NCBI GenBank assembly: GCA_028534125.1
Contig: CM052848.1
Span: 13,020,001-13,084,000, forward strand
Direction: 5' to 3'
Source: Lama glama
Taxonomy: Eukaryota
DNA length: 64,000 bases
This document shows, piece after piece, positions 49,987 through 61,049 of this stretch; position 1 is the stretch's first letter, and the number at the start of each line of letters is the position of its first letter. A program made the position numbers and the translations under genes. The notes under the pieces were generated by a model. The model saw nothing but the letters and a program-made list of their open reading frames with translations, was not told the DNA's origin and ran no database searches.

Positions 49987-50416
49987 TGTAACCTGACAGG
50001 GCCGTGTGCCTGATGTGCAGGGAGGCCAAACCAAAACGTGGGAGTTTGGAGCAGAGGAAGGTTTACTGCTCGGTTGAGCAAGGACACGTGGCTTGTGCCC
50101 AAAAACCCCAACTCTACAAAGGGGCTCAGCTGAGCCTTTTTAAAGGCGACTGAGGGAGGGGCGTTCCAGGGCAGGTGATCAGCTGTGCGTAATTCTTTGG
50201 TTGATGGTGATCCATCCTTAGGAGCCCGGTCTCGGGGCCACATGCTTATGGTCATTAAGTAGTTAACTTCTTCCCTTTGGTGGTGGTTTTGAGCATCTGA
50301 AAACCTCAGGAAGCTTGCACGAGATTTTATAATCTGGGTCCTTAAGAGAGGAGCTGCAGCAGAGGATACAGGGAGGGTCTGTCTTGGGAGGCCCACTAGG
50401 GTCCTGCTTGGGTACA
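49987..50416 (-). mobile_element. Solo ERV1 LTR of the artiodactyl MER41-like family
   Basis: Bounded by TGTAAC...GGTACA with a near-perfect 4-bp TSD (CCTC/TCTC). The body GGAGTTTGGAGCAGAGGAAGGTTTACTGC...TTTTTAAAGG...TGATCAGCT...AAGTAGTTAACTTCTTCC...AGGGTCCTGCT matches recalled MER41_BT-type LTRs. Minus-strand TATA-like TTTAAAAA and AGTAAA poly(A) variant are present. Confidence 0.8.
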
Positions 50417-50919
50417 TCTCCAGGCCTTGGCAATTCCTGCCCAGTTCTGAGAACGAGCTTAGGTGATGATCAGGGATGCCTGGACCAGGGCTGGCTGGCC
50501 CTGTGCAATAACGGTGCACCTGTGCTCACCTGGGGGCACACAGTCACCTGGGGTCTTGTTAAATAGCCAGTCAGGCAAAGAAATTGAAAGAATAAGAGAA
50601 TCTGCAAAGATGAGGCAAGAAAAATATCCCAAATTTTAATAAGGGGGAAAAGTAGATTCAGGGACTTCCCTGTGTTTCCCACCTGATGGAAGCTCTGTCT
50701 CTGTCTTCAAACCTGCAGCAGACTTCTCACTGGGCTGGTCCTCTGGGAGCACCTGAGCCACAGAGAGCCAGGTAGAGTGTGTGTCAGGGCACCGGGGCGC
50801 CTGTAGCTGGCAGGCCCTTGCTGGCTCGGGCAGTCCCGGCCCAGCCCGCCACGGGGTCCAGGGCTGAGCCACTGTGTCCCAGGCCCTGCATCTCCATGTG
50901 GCCATGCCAGATCGCCGGT

Positions 50920-51100
50920 TTTATCTTCACTGTAGTGAAACACACATAACATAAAAGCTACTGTTAAAAACCACCCTAAACTGTATAGCTCAGGGGCAGT
51001 ACCATCCATCTCCAGAACATTCTCACTATCCCAGCTGAAACTCTGTCCCCACTAAACGCTAACCTCCCTCCCCCCGTGTCCTCTCTTTGGTTCCTCTCCA
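50920..51100 (-). mobile_element. L1MB-like 3' end (antisense)
   Basis: GTAGTGAAACACACATAACATAAAA...CCATCCATCTCCAGAACATTCTCACTATCCCAGCTGAAACTCTGTCCCCACTAAAC. Confidence 0.75.
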
Positions 51101-53342
51101 TACTCGCCCGTCCCTACAGGACCAGTGGCCCCGCTGGCCTCACAGCAGGTGGGGCGGAGGGCTCTGCCGTCCTGATTGGGACGCAGCTGAGGGCAGGCCC
51201 TCTGGCGCTGGTCCAGCTTGGGGGCCTCTCAGGGGTGTCCTGGCTGCGCTCCTGGGCCCACAGCACACTCCTGCCCTCTGCCTGGAGTGGGGACTTTCTT
51301 CTGTCCCCTGGGCCCAGGTGCATCGGGGTCTCCCCAGTCCTGGAGAGCGGTTCTCCTGGAAGGCGGGCTATGTTCTGCAGGGGGTAGGGAGAGGGACCAG
51401 CAGGTCTGGGTGGCCCTGGGCTCTGCCAGCATCACAGGAACCCCCTCCTCAGGACTCTTGGGGTCGTGGTGTGGACTGAAGTTAAATAAAGGCATATGAT
51501 GCAAGAAAATGGGAGAGAAAAGGGAATTCCAGGGGAAATACACAAAGCTGAACCAGAAACTTCTATTCAAAGAAACAGTAAGAAAAAGTCAGGCTACTGC
51601 TGTCATCAGTTTCCATGCCCGGGGCTGGGCACAGTCAGTCAGTCAGGTTATCCGGCTGAGGCGGGAGGACCCGAGGGGGCTGAATCCTTGCTGTTTGTGT
51701 GGGATGACTGCCCGGGTCGTAGTGCAGATGCTGGGTGAGGTGATGGACTCGAGTGAACGGGGCAGGGAGGTGGCTGCGCCCCACCTGAAGCTCAGCTGGA
51801 CTGTTTTCCTCATCACCTTGGACGGCACTACTTTGATGACAATTTAAAAGAACCCCAAGCCAGGTAATTCACCAATACATGCATGATGCAACGATAAAAA
51901 AGGTAAAAATAAAGACAGAGAACAGAAACAGTGAACAAAAGAGGAAGGAGAGATTTGTTGTAAAAATGGGTCGGTGATTGACCTGGGGGTGGAGGCCTCC
52001 TGAGGACGTTGGGGGGCGGGGCGGGAAGGGGGTGCCTGATGACAGGGTGGTGGCAGATTCAGGGTTTTGTATCCATAAGTGGACTAACACAGTCCTTTCA
52101 GAGTACTTCTAAAAGAATCCTTCTTAAAGACAAGGAAAAAAACAAGAAAAAAACATACTAATATAAAGGCATCTCAGAATGTATCTTAGAAAGAAAAACT
52201 CTGCCAAGTTCCCTTAAACCTTTAATCCCAAAATGCTTTAGATAACTTAATGACGAGAGAACTGCTCTTTCCTGACAACCCTTGGGCAGTGGGGAGTAAT
52301 CGCCTTTGAGATCTGGAGCTATAATCTCAAGAGCCTGGGGATGCACCTGGGGGAGGCCTTTGGGGGAGCCTGGGGCCCGGGGGAGCCTGGGGCCCGAGGG
52401 CCCCTGAGCTGTGCAGGAACATCAGCTTCGGAAGGCATGGCCCCTATGTGGCGTGCAGGCTGCTAAGTACCACCGGAGAGCAAAGGTGTTCCCGCGAGTC
52501 ACGTGGTGAAGTGCCGTCTGAGTAAGGGGACGTGGGCAAGAGGCTGGCAGAGCCAACTGTGAAGCAGAGGAGCCATATGATCTGCGAGAGGAGCGACTGT
52601 GGTGCAGAAGCTGTCCTGGGAAGAGCCCTGCCGCGTGTGGCCAGGAAGGAGGCTACAGCTATCCAGTACCTGTGGTGTGCGGCTCGCAGCCCCACCGCCC
52701 ACTCCTGGCTGGAGGCAGCAAAGTGGGGCTTGGTCCAGGCCTCGGTGCGATGCTAAAGTGATGACCACCGTGATGGGGACAACATTGTCCTCTGTGCCAG
52801 ATCTCGTTCAGTGAGTGCAGGGCCCCTTAATTACCCCATTTCACCCCTAAAGGACCAGGCATGAGGGTAAGGGGGCCAACTAACATGGTTCAAGAAACAC
52901 CTGCCTTTGTCCGAGGTCTTATGCTCAATGACCATCTAAGAAAACTCCCGTTGTCCCCAGACAGCGGCTCCTGGGAGCTTACAACCACCTATGGCGGGGG
53001 GGAGGGCATCTCCCATTATTTGTCAGCTCAACCTCCAAGATCAGCCACTTTTTCAGAAGAAATCACCCTAATCCCTTAGTTTCTCTGCACTACTCCTGTT
53101 CACAGCTGATGTTTTCTGTAGCTGCAAAGGCTTTTAGAGTCAAAAGGACCCCAATGCCCCTCAGGGAAGAGGACAAAGGAGAGATGGTGGGCCAGACCCC
53201 AGCCTCAGGGACAAATACAGGCCCAGTCCTGGAGCCTGACCTGCGGCATGCAGGGGACGTGAGGGCAGGGAGGTGCCACCATGGGCAGCTCCAACTCTGA
53301 TTCCATTGCTAATGTGAATTTAATTCAGGACCTTAACGACAT

Positions 53343-53472
53343 CTTAAAATGGCTTTTGTATTTAATTACGGGTAACCCAGGTAAGTACAGGTGAGCAATC
53401 CTTACAACAACTTAAAAAGGCTTTTGTATTTAATTATGGGCAACCCAGGTAAGTACAGGTGAGCAATCCTTA
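53343..53472. repeat. Tandem duplication: two 62-bp copies, period 68 bp, 3 mismatches
   Basis: 53343-53404 vs 53411-53472: CTTAAAA(T/A)GGCTTTTGTATTTAATTA(C/T)GGG(T/C)AACCCAGGTAAGTACAGGTGAGCAATCCTTA. Confidence 0.95.
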
Positions 53473-55349
53473 GGCAGGCACAGGAAATCCAAGAGCATTA
53501 ATGGGCTTCCAATGACCTATGGTGCATTGTGTTGTAAGTGTAATTAAATTGCTTCCTTCAAATGCAGCTCATTGCTGATTAATAAAAATGTGTTCTCTAT
53601 TTACACGATACTTATCATCCCAGTGTACTTTACAGGCCAAATAACATTTCATAAATGTGGGTGCAAATTATATTTAACTTGCATCAACAGATTAGAGACT
53701 CGGCTCTGCTAATGCTGATGCAATCAGGTGAATTTAAAAGAACGTTGAATCGATTTTCTTTTCCTGAAGACAGTCGTCTTGGAAGGACTCTTACATTTTT
53801 CCTGTGGTCCTTATGTTCTCACCATCATAAAAAGAATTCCTGATCTTAAATTCTGCCCCCCCACCGCCCCTGTATATGGGGAATTGAGCACAGGAGCCCC
53901 ACAGCTGTCCCGTCCCCTGGCTCTGTGCCAAGTGTTGTTTAAAAAAGGCCCTGAAAATAGAATCTCCTCTCAGAGACTGAAGATCCCAGGAGGGTCCTTT
54001 CACCTGCCTCCCTTTTCTATTTCCAAGTCTTGTTTGTGACAAAGTGCTGGCAGGTGGGGTAGGGACGCCAGAGTCCAACACACACGGGCATTTCTGTAGC
54101 ACAGGCAGAAGGTGGGTTATGAGAGAAACCCCACTTGGGTGTCTCTCCTCCTGGGGTTCCTGGAAGCAGGATTCATTCTTCCTTCCTGCAGGTAGCCATG
54201 GCTCCCTGGGTGGGGGACTTCCAGGGGCAATGGACCTAGGACTTCGGAACTACAATAGGACTCAACTGACCCCAGACCTAATGCGAACAGGTGGCACTTT
54301 CCACCCTTGGAACTCGGCAGGCTTCCCAGATGCCCCGTCCTAATCCTGCGATCACGTGCCCACGGCACTTAGAGATGGTCAGGGTGTTTGAGAGCTGCTT
54401 CCAAGTCGTGCTCCAGAGCCACAACCTACAAAAGAACTCCTGAAACTGAGAGAGATTCTCCCTAACCCTGTCTTGGCAATGTTTAAAATTTACATCAAGA
54501 ATCACAGGTGCTTAGCGCTGTGGGCACCTTCACGGTAACTGGCTCGTCCCGCGGCCAGCGAAGAGCAGCACCTGCACTCTGGCGGCTGCTGTAAGGTCAG
54601 CGCTGTGGGATGGTCCTGGGGCCCACGCTTTCCTGCATCAGGTGACATTTCATAGGGGAGGGTGGGAGCCGAGGTGATGTGTGTCACTCAGGCACAGTCC
54701 TCTGGCTGGAGGGTGGGCTCCGGCTTAGAGCAGCACCAGGGAGGGTGTGGGTCCCACGTCATCACCCCCACCAACCAGGACACCACACTGGACGTCAGTC
54801 AGAAGTGGATTTTCATCGCATCAGGTCATAGAATCTGGTGTCTGTGTATTACCAAAACCAGCATTACCCTAGCTGGTGCACCCATGGCGGACAGTCACTG
54901 CTTGAACATTTTCCTGCTGAGAATCCTCCTGCTTGGCAGGGCCGTCCACTCTATTTCTGAATTAGTAGATCACCGTTCTTTATCATGATAGAAACCCCTC
55001 CCTCAGCCGCCACACATGGAGATCCGAGTCCCATTAGCCACACCCAGATCCATATTTTCAAAGGTTTACATTTACCAATAGGTGAAGTACAGCTTTACTG
55101 TGGGATGGCTGTTACCCACCCATCACACCCCTGAGCAGGTGAGTACCAGGGTGTGCCCAGAACAAGCTCTGATTGGACCCAAAGGGAGAACTCAGCGTCC
55201 AGGTCAGTAAAACGCGGGGCCCAGGCTGGACTCTGGGCCCCTCACCTCCTCCAGCTCTCAGAGTAAGCCTGCCTCTGCAATGAGGCTGCAAACCCACTGT
55301 ATCTGGATGTGATGTTTCCCCAGGAAAAGACATATTTGTAATCACGTGT

Positions 55350-55660
55350 CCTTCTAAAACCTTGATCCCCATCAAGAGGTGGACTCTATTTCCTCAGCTC
55401 CTTAACCCGATGAGCTCCTGTGACAAATGCCTGGACAAACAGGAACAGAGGAAGGGTCCTGTGGGACTCCTGAGGGGCGAGACCTTTCTCTCCGGCCCCA
55501 GGCCACCGGGAGAGTCTGCGTGTCAGTGCTCTGGCCACAGCCAGGCCAGGCGTGTGAGCCTTGTGGCAGAGTGGAGAAGAGACAAGCTGTCCCCACCTAG
55601 CCCTGCCCAAGTGACAGATGTGTGAGCAAAATAAACAGCGGTGTCCCAGGGCAGTGGACA
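55350..55660 (+). mobile_element. MLT1 (MaLR) LTR remnant
   Basis: CCCATCAAGAGGTGGACTCTATTTCCTC...GCCCTGCCCAAGTGACAGATGTGTGAGCAAAATAAAC are MLT1 signatures. Confidence 0.7.
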
Positions 55661-58600
55661 TTGGACGTCCCATGGCAACCCTATGCTGCCATCCTGTTCC
55701 TCTGGTGAGTCAGGCCGATGAGGCCATAGAGCCCACACCAGGCCACCGGCGATTTCCCAGCAAGAAAACAAACCAAAAAAGTCGTGGTATCAATATTTGT
55801 ACTCGTGTGGTCAGGGACCCTGCTCATTCCCAGGCATTCAGAGAAGGGGGCGTAGGCAGAAATTTTGGAAGGTGGGAGGACTGACCATAGAGGGAGTGAG
55901 GCTACATGTGTCTGTCCCTGGCGAGGACGTCCACGGGGCGAGGAGCCTGGCTGCAGGAGGGTGGGTGTGGTTGGGGCTGATGGGGACAGTGCCACTGGGA
56001 GTCTGTGAGTCTGTCTCTGAAGCTCTTCTGGGAAAGCCTCACCTGAGGCCCACACGAGGCTGCAAGCTGGCTTTTCAAGGAGTGTCCAGATCCTCCTTTG
56101 GGTGGTGGCCCTGGGGCCATGTGAGCGGTCTGTGATGTGCGCTGAGGCACACACCAGCTTCTGTGTGTGTTTCACTCGCAAGGTCCATGTGTTGCACCAG
56201 AGCGCAGAGTGGAAGCCGCTCCTGGCAGATTCGCAGCTCTCATCTTTCCTCAGAAGGAGGGGGCATTACCTCACCCGAGGAAAGGCCCCATTACTCCTCC
56301 TCACGAGACTGACTGTTCTCCGTTAGCTCTTCCATAAGTATTTCACATTTTTCTAGAAAACACATCAATATTATTCATAATTGACACCCTCCCCTTGGAT
56401 GACTTAGGGCGTACTTCTGCCAAGACATGAATTCAGATGTTAAACTTCATTCAATGTCAATGACACTGTGATTATTCTGGAAGCTTTTCTTGATATTCAA
56501 TTTTCATTCATTTTGCTTATGACTAATTTAAATAAGGGACTGTCTTTATGTGTTAAACGTGTTGCCAGGGCTTTAGCTGATAACTGCACGGTGCGTGAGC
56601 TCCCAGTCTCTTCCCAGATCTGGGGCCAAGCTAAAGTAAAGTGAGCTATGTCTCCAGATTGGAGGAAAATCTATTATAATTCTTTTGAAGACTGTGAGCG
56701 AAAACACAGGCAACGGCAGGATTATTTTTAATACCAGAAAGCACTTGCAGTATTTTTGTCACAGCGCTATGGAAACTGCAGTCAGTCACAAGCGGACGCC
56801 TCACCGAGCAAAGTGTTCCTTCCTGCAGACCTGAGCCAGTTCTGACTCATTTATCTAACTGGATGCTGCGCCGTCAGTCAGAACAAATTCACGTTTGAAA
56901 TGTCGATGGTCCCAGTAATCACTCCAGCCCATATTTAGTCAGATTGAGCGAAGCCCAGAGGTTGCTCATGGACCCCCTCTGCGTGGCCCACGGCCCCCAC
57001 CCAAAGGGTCTGGCTTCATCCCGTGGTGGCCCTGCAGCCCCTGCACCCTGAGAGTGGCAGTCACCCCGGGAAGACCTGGCCTGTCAGGGGTCTGGACTCA
57101 CCTTCTTTTACACCAGGGGCATTCCAGGTCAGTCCCTCCCCATAGGCCACCTCAGCCAGCAGGGCTTCCCGGGGGGCACCTCTCAGAATCACCCTCACAC
57201 TCGGCCGTCTTCTGGCTGGGGGTGCTGGGTAGGGAGGGTCTTCCAGCCTCGGCCACATGCTCACTGGGTCAGCATCCCGCGAGCACTGCAACCCAGGTCT
57301 CAGATCAACCTGGCCTCTTTCTGGACTCTGACCTCTCCTCCAGCCTTCAGTCGGAAAGTGTCTCAGGGCTAAGAAGACTGTGGAAACTGACCCGCAGCCT
57401 CTCGGCCCCACATTCCAACAGCTCTGGGGAGAGGAGCTCTGGCCGACACACACAACCGTCTACCTGTCTTACTGTCTGTAACTCAGGTAACTCTTCCTGG
57501 CACAAAGAAGGCCCCTGAGGGACCCTGGCCTTGCCGCCACAGCATTGGGTGTCACTCTGCTTACAGAGCTGTCCACGTTCCCCCAGGACACCAGCCGGGT
57601 GTCCAGGCCTCTCAACATGAGGAAGCAAAGGTGAAGTTCTGTACAGCAATGACACATTCTGCACTTGGACAAATGATATTTGCACCCAAAGTGCCTGGAG
57701 CCACTGCCTCACTAGCGACACCTGTGAGCCTGGGACCGACCCTCCGTCACCCTTTCTGCAACATTTGCAAAGCACTCGGTCACACCTGTAAGGCATCTTG
57801 CAGCCTCAGGTGGAACGTGTTAGGGTGACAAGGGTCCCCCTGCTGCAGGCCCCTGTCCTCGTCCTCGTCCTCCAAGGAAGCAGGAAAGGTTCCTCCCTGC
57901 AGGTTCCCAGGGAGGAACAGTGCCTCCTCCTCTCACCCATGGCCTCATCCGTCACCTCCAGGAAAATCGTTCCCAGACCCACATGCCCGGCTCTGCGTTC
58001 CCTCCGGAACACCAGACACCTGCACCCGGGCCTGCCAGCACCTCAAACTTGTGCCTAAAATAAGGGTCATTGTCTGGCCCCTTAATTTGGTCCCGCACTC
58101 CCCTTTCTGGTCAAGGGTCTTCCTAATGCCTCCTGCCCTCTACGCTCAGGCCTGACCAGCTGACCAGCCAGAGGAGGCATTTCCTTTCTCCTGTGTATCC
58201 AGCACCTGCTGGCTCGTAGGGAGGACATGAGCTTAAATCTGGACATGCGAGGAGCTGGGACTCAGGAAGGGGAGACAGAGCATCTGTGTTGCGTGAGTGC
58301 GAGGGACGGGGTCCAAGGGGAAAGACCAGGCGTAGTTTCCAAGGAAACAGGAGAGAAGGGGCTGACGTGTGTGCGTGCCCACTTTGTCCGGTCTAACACC
58401 CACTTTGGTGTGGGTTTCCCCGGAAGCAGGTCCTCAGGCAGGTCCTCAGGCAGGTAGCTTGGCTGAGTTGAGGAAGGCCAAGTGCTTTGCAGAGACAGAG
58501 CTGAGGTCAAAGTGAAGCACTTGCGGGGAGGGTCACAGACCTGCAGGCGGCGGGGCAGCGGGGCAGCAGGGCGGGTGTGTTCAGACGCAGACGCTATATT

Positions 58601-60699
58601 ATTACCTCATGCCTGCGCGCACGATATATCCTGTGTGAAATTAATTTTGAGAGCTTCGTTCCTTTTCATACAAAGAAAGTGCAGTAGAAATGTGAGCTGT
58701 CAGATGCCCAAAAGCGTTTATCATGATCTCATACGGTCTTGGATTGAAGGGGGGCTTAGCGGTCAGCTGGTTCAGCCTCTTCAAATTCGGTGCCGCCCAA
58801 CTGTGTGGAGGTTTATTAAATGCATATCAACCTTGGGATGGTTCCTGATGGATCTTAAAGACCAATAAACACAGGCTTTGCCCTTGAGGAGTTTGCGGGC
58901 AGAACACGAAAGGTGCAGGAAAAGAGAGCCACATGGATTCAGAAGAAGGGCAACCAGGAAAGGCATCCTGGAGGAGGTGGTCTGTGAGATAGATGGGGCT
59001 TCGTTGAGGAGCAGAAAGCCGCAGAGAGTTCACACGCGAGGCGGGAAGGTGGGGTCATGGTTGGGGGGGAAGGCACCTCCTCCCTCCCCTCCCTCCTCCT
59101 CCCTCTGCCCCCCTTCCCCCCCACCGCCAGCTCTCACCCTCCCTCTCACAGGCCATCTTCTGAATTCCCAAAATTGTTTTATATGAATGGCTCTTAGCCT
59201 TATTTTCTGATATAATTGACTTACTGAACATGTGCAAATTTAACCGAGTAACATAAAACTGCATTTGTAATACTTCAGCTATTCAGTTCCCACTCTTAAG
59301 TTCCTTGACTCTGCAGCCACTTCCCTTGGCTGCTTCAACCAGAAACTGCATATGGAGGGCCTGGGGTCGTCGTGGTGGCATTTATCTTTTTGGCTAACAG
59401 CATTTTTCTGAGAACTGAACTGGGTGCCAGCTCTTGAATGTCAGGAGCACCCACGTAAAAAGCAGGCCCCCCAACTTCTTTGCAAAAGCAAGACAACCTG
59501 GCAGTGTTGGGCCCTTATGTCCCCAAGGAACGTGGGACTGGCCGGGGCTGAGTCGCAGCGTCTGCCTTAGCGAGGCCCAGCTCCCCGCAGTCCCACCTCA
59601 AGGCCCTGCTAGCCTCCAGTGCGCCCGGGACGGCCGCCTGTCTGAGCTGTGGCCGTAGGTGAGGCAGAGGGCCTGGTGAAGGTGGGGTTCGGTGGCCTCG
59701 GTCCTGCCTTACAGGGGAGCTGAGGGCAGGGCTGGTTTTGGGCCTCTGGGAAGGGAAGGGCCTCTGTTGTTTTGTCTGTGTGTTTTGGGCTCTCTCCTCT
59801 CCTTCTGGGTGACCCTTGAGGTGCTGCCTGGTTTTAGATGGCCGTCCCCATGGCCAGCACATGCTGGTCCAGAGAGTGACCACCCGGGCCAAGCTGGGTG
59901 GTAGGGTTTTAAAACTTCCAGCCCACAACAGTGTCTTTGTCAGTGGCTGAAGCCACGGATAAGGTTCTTCTGAAGTTCGACTGTGTCTCCTGTCCTGTGG
60001 GCTGGGAAGGAGAGGCAGTGGGCAGAGAGGAAGGGGTAGGTCCCCACATAGAGCAAGGTGGAGACCACACCCCCTGGGGCCATCTGCAGTGACCTGGCCC
60101 CGATCTGACCGGGCCCTGTGGGGGGCCCCTGAAGCACAAGATCTCTTCCACTCCTTTTAAAACCTCATTAGAGTTGGTTTCTGTTGCTCAAAACCAAAAG
60201 CACCCATGGTATGTCATCCAAGCAGCCCCTGGGAGTTGAGGAGTTTGCAGGCAGAACTCTCTCTACGAGCTGTCCCAGCTCCCTGTGTCCTGTGGCCAAA
60301 CCACCTGCTTTTGGATCAAGCAATCCAGGTCCTCTGGAATACTGCCCTTTGTTATTCCTGAGCGTGGGTCAAAGGGTAGAAGGAGGGTCATGTGGGGATG
60401 CCTTGTGCCTGTGGTGGTCCCTCCCGGGATGACTGCTCCCAGGTCCACTTCCCCAGGCAGCGCGGGGTGCCCTCCCATCACACCAGCAGTGCTGACGTGA
60501 ACGACCACGCACCTTGCACACCAGGACAGAGTCCGAGGGCAGGTGGGGCAGGGCTCCTGCGGCCGTCAGAAGTCAGGAGCAAAGTTTTCTCAAACTGTCA
60601 GCCTTAGTTCTTGGACTGGGTGTCAGACTCAGGACAGCTGGAATTGAGGTGCTGAGATGTGCATTTAAATCACCTGTAGGCGATGATTTGGAGACTGTT

Positions 60700-61005
60700 T
60701 CTTAATTTCATAAATATTTGCTGAACATCCACCGTGTGTTCCCCAGGCTTTGCCCGAGTTACTGGGGATGTTACAGTGTAGAAGTCCACGCCTCTCAGGA
60801 GCTTGTGTTGCAGTGGACTGTGATCTTCCCCATGTGTTTGGTTCTGGAGACACAAAGACCAACAAAATCCAGCCTCAGTGATTTCATAGCTATAACCCTC
60901 ACCTTCCTCACATTTAAAATGAAATTAAAATAATGATCTCACAGGGCTGTTCAGACGATTAAATAAAAAGATACAGATGGGCGTTCTCGGCACAGAAGCC
61001 TAAAC
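60700..61005. mobile_element. L2 3' end (antisense, ~60700-60820) and MIR fragment (~60880-61005)
   Basis: CATAAATATTTGCTGAACATCCACCGTGTG...CTCAGGAGCTTGTGTTGCAGTGG; TCCTCACATTTAAAATGAAATTAAAATAATGATCTCACAGGGCTGTT. Confidence 0.6.
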
Positions 61006-61049
61006 AAAAATTACCTTCTCCTTGAAAAGTAAAAAAGGCCCCACTTTAC

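Noticed and set aside
50655-50685. GGGACTTCCCTG resembling the 5' end of a CHR/Bov-tA SINE
   Set aside because: Similarity stops after ~12 bp; no tRNA-derived body follows.
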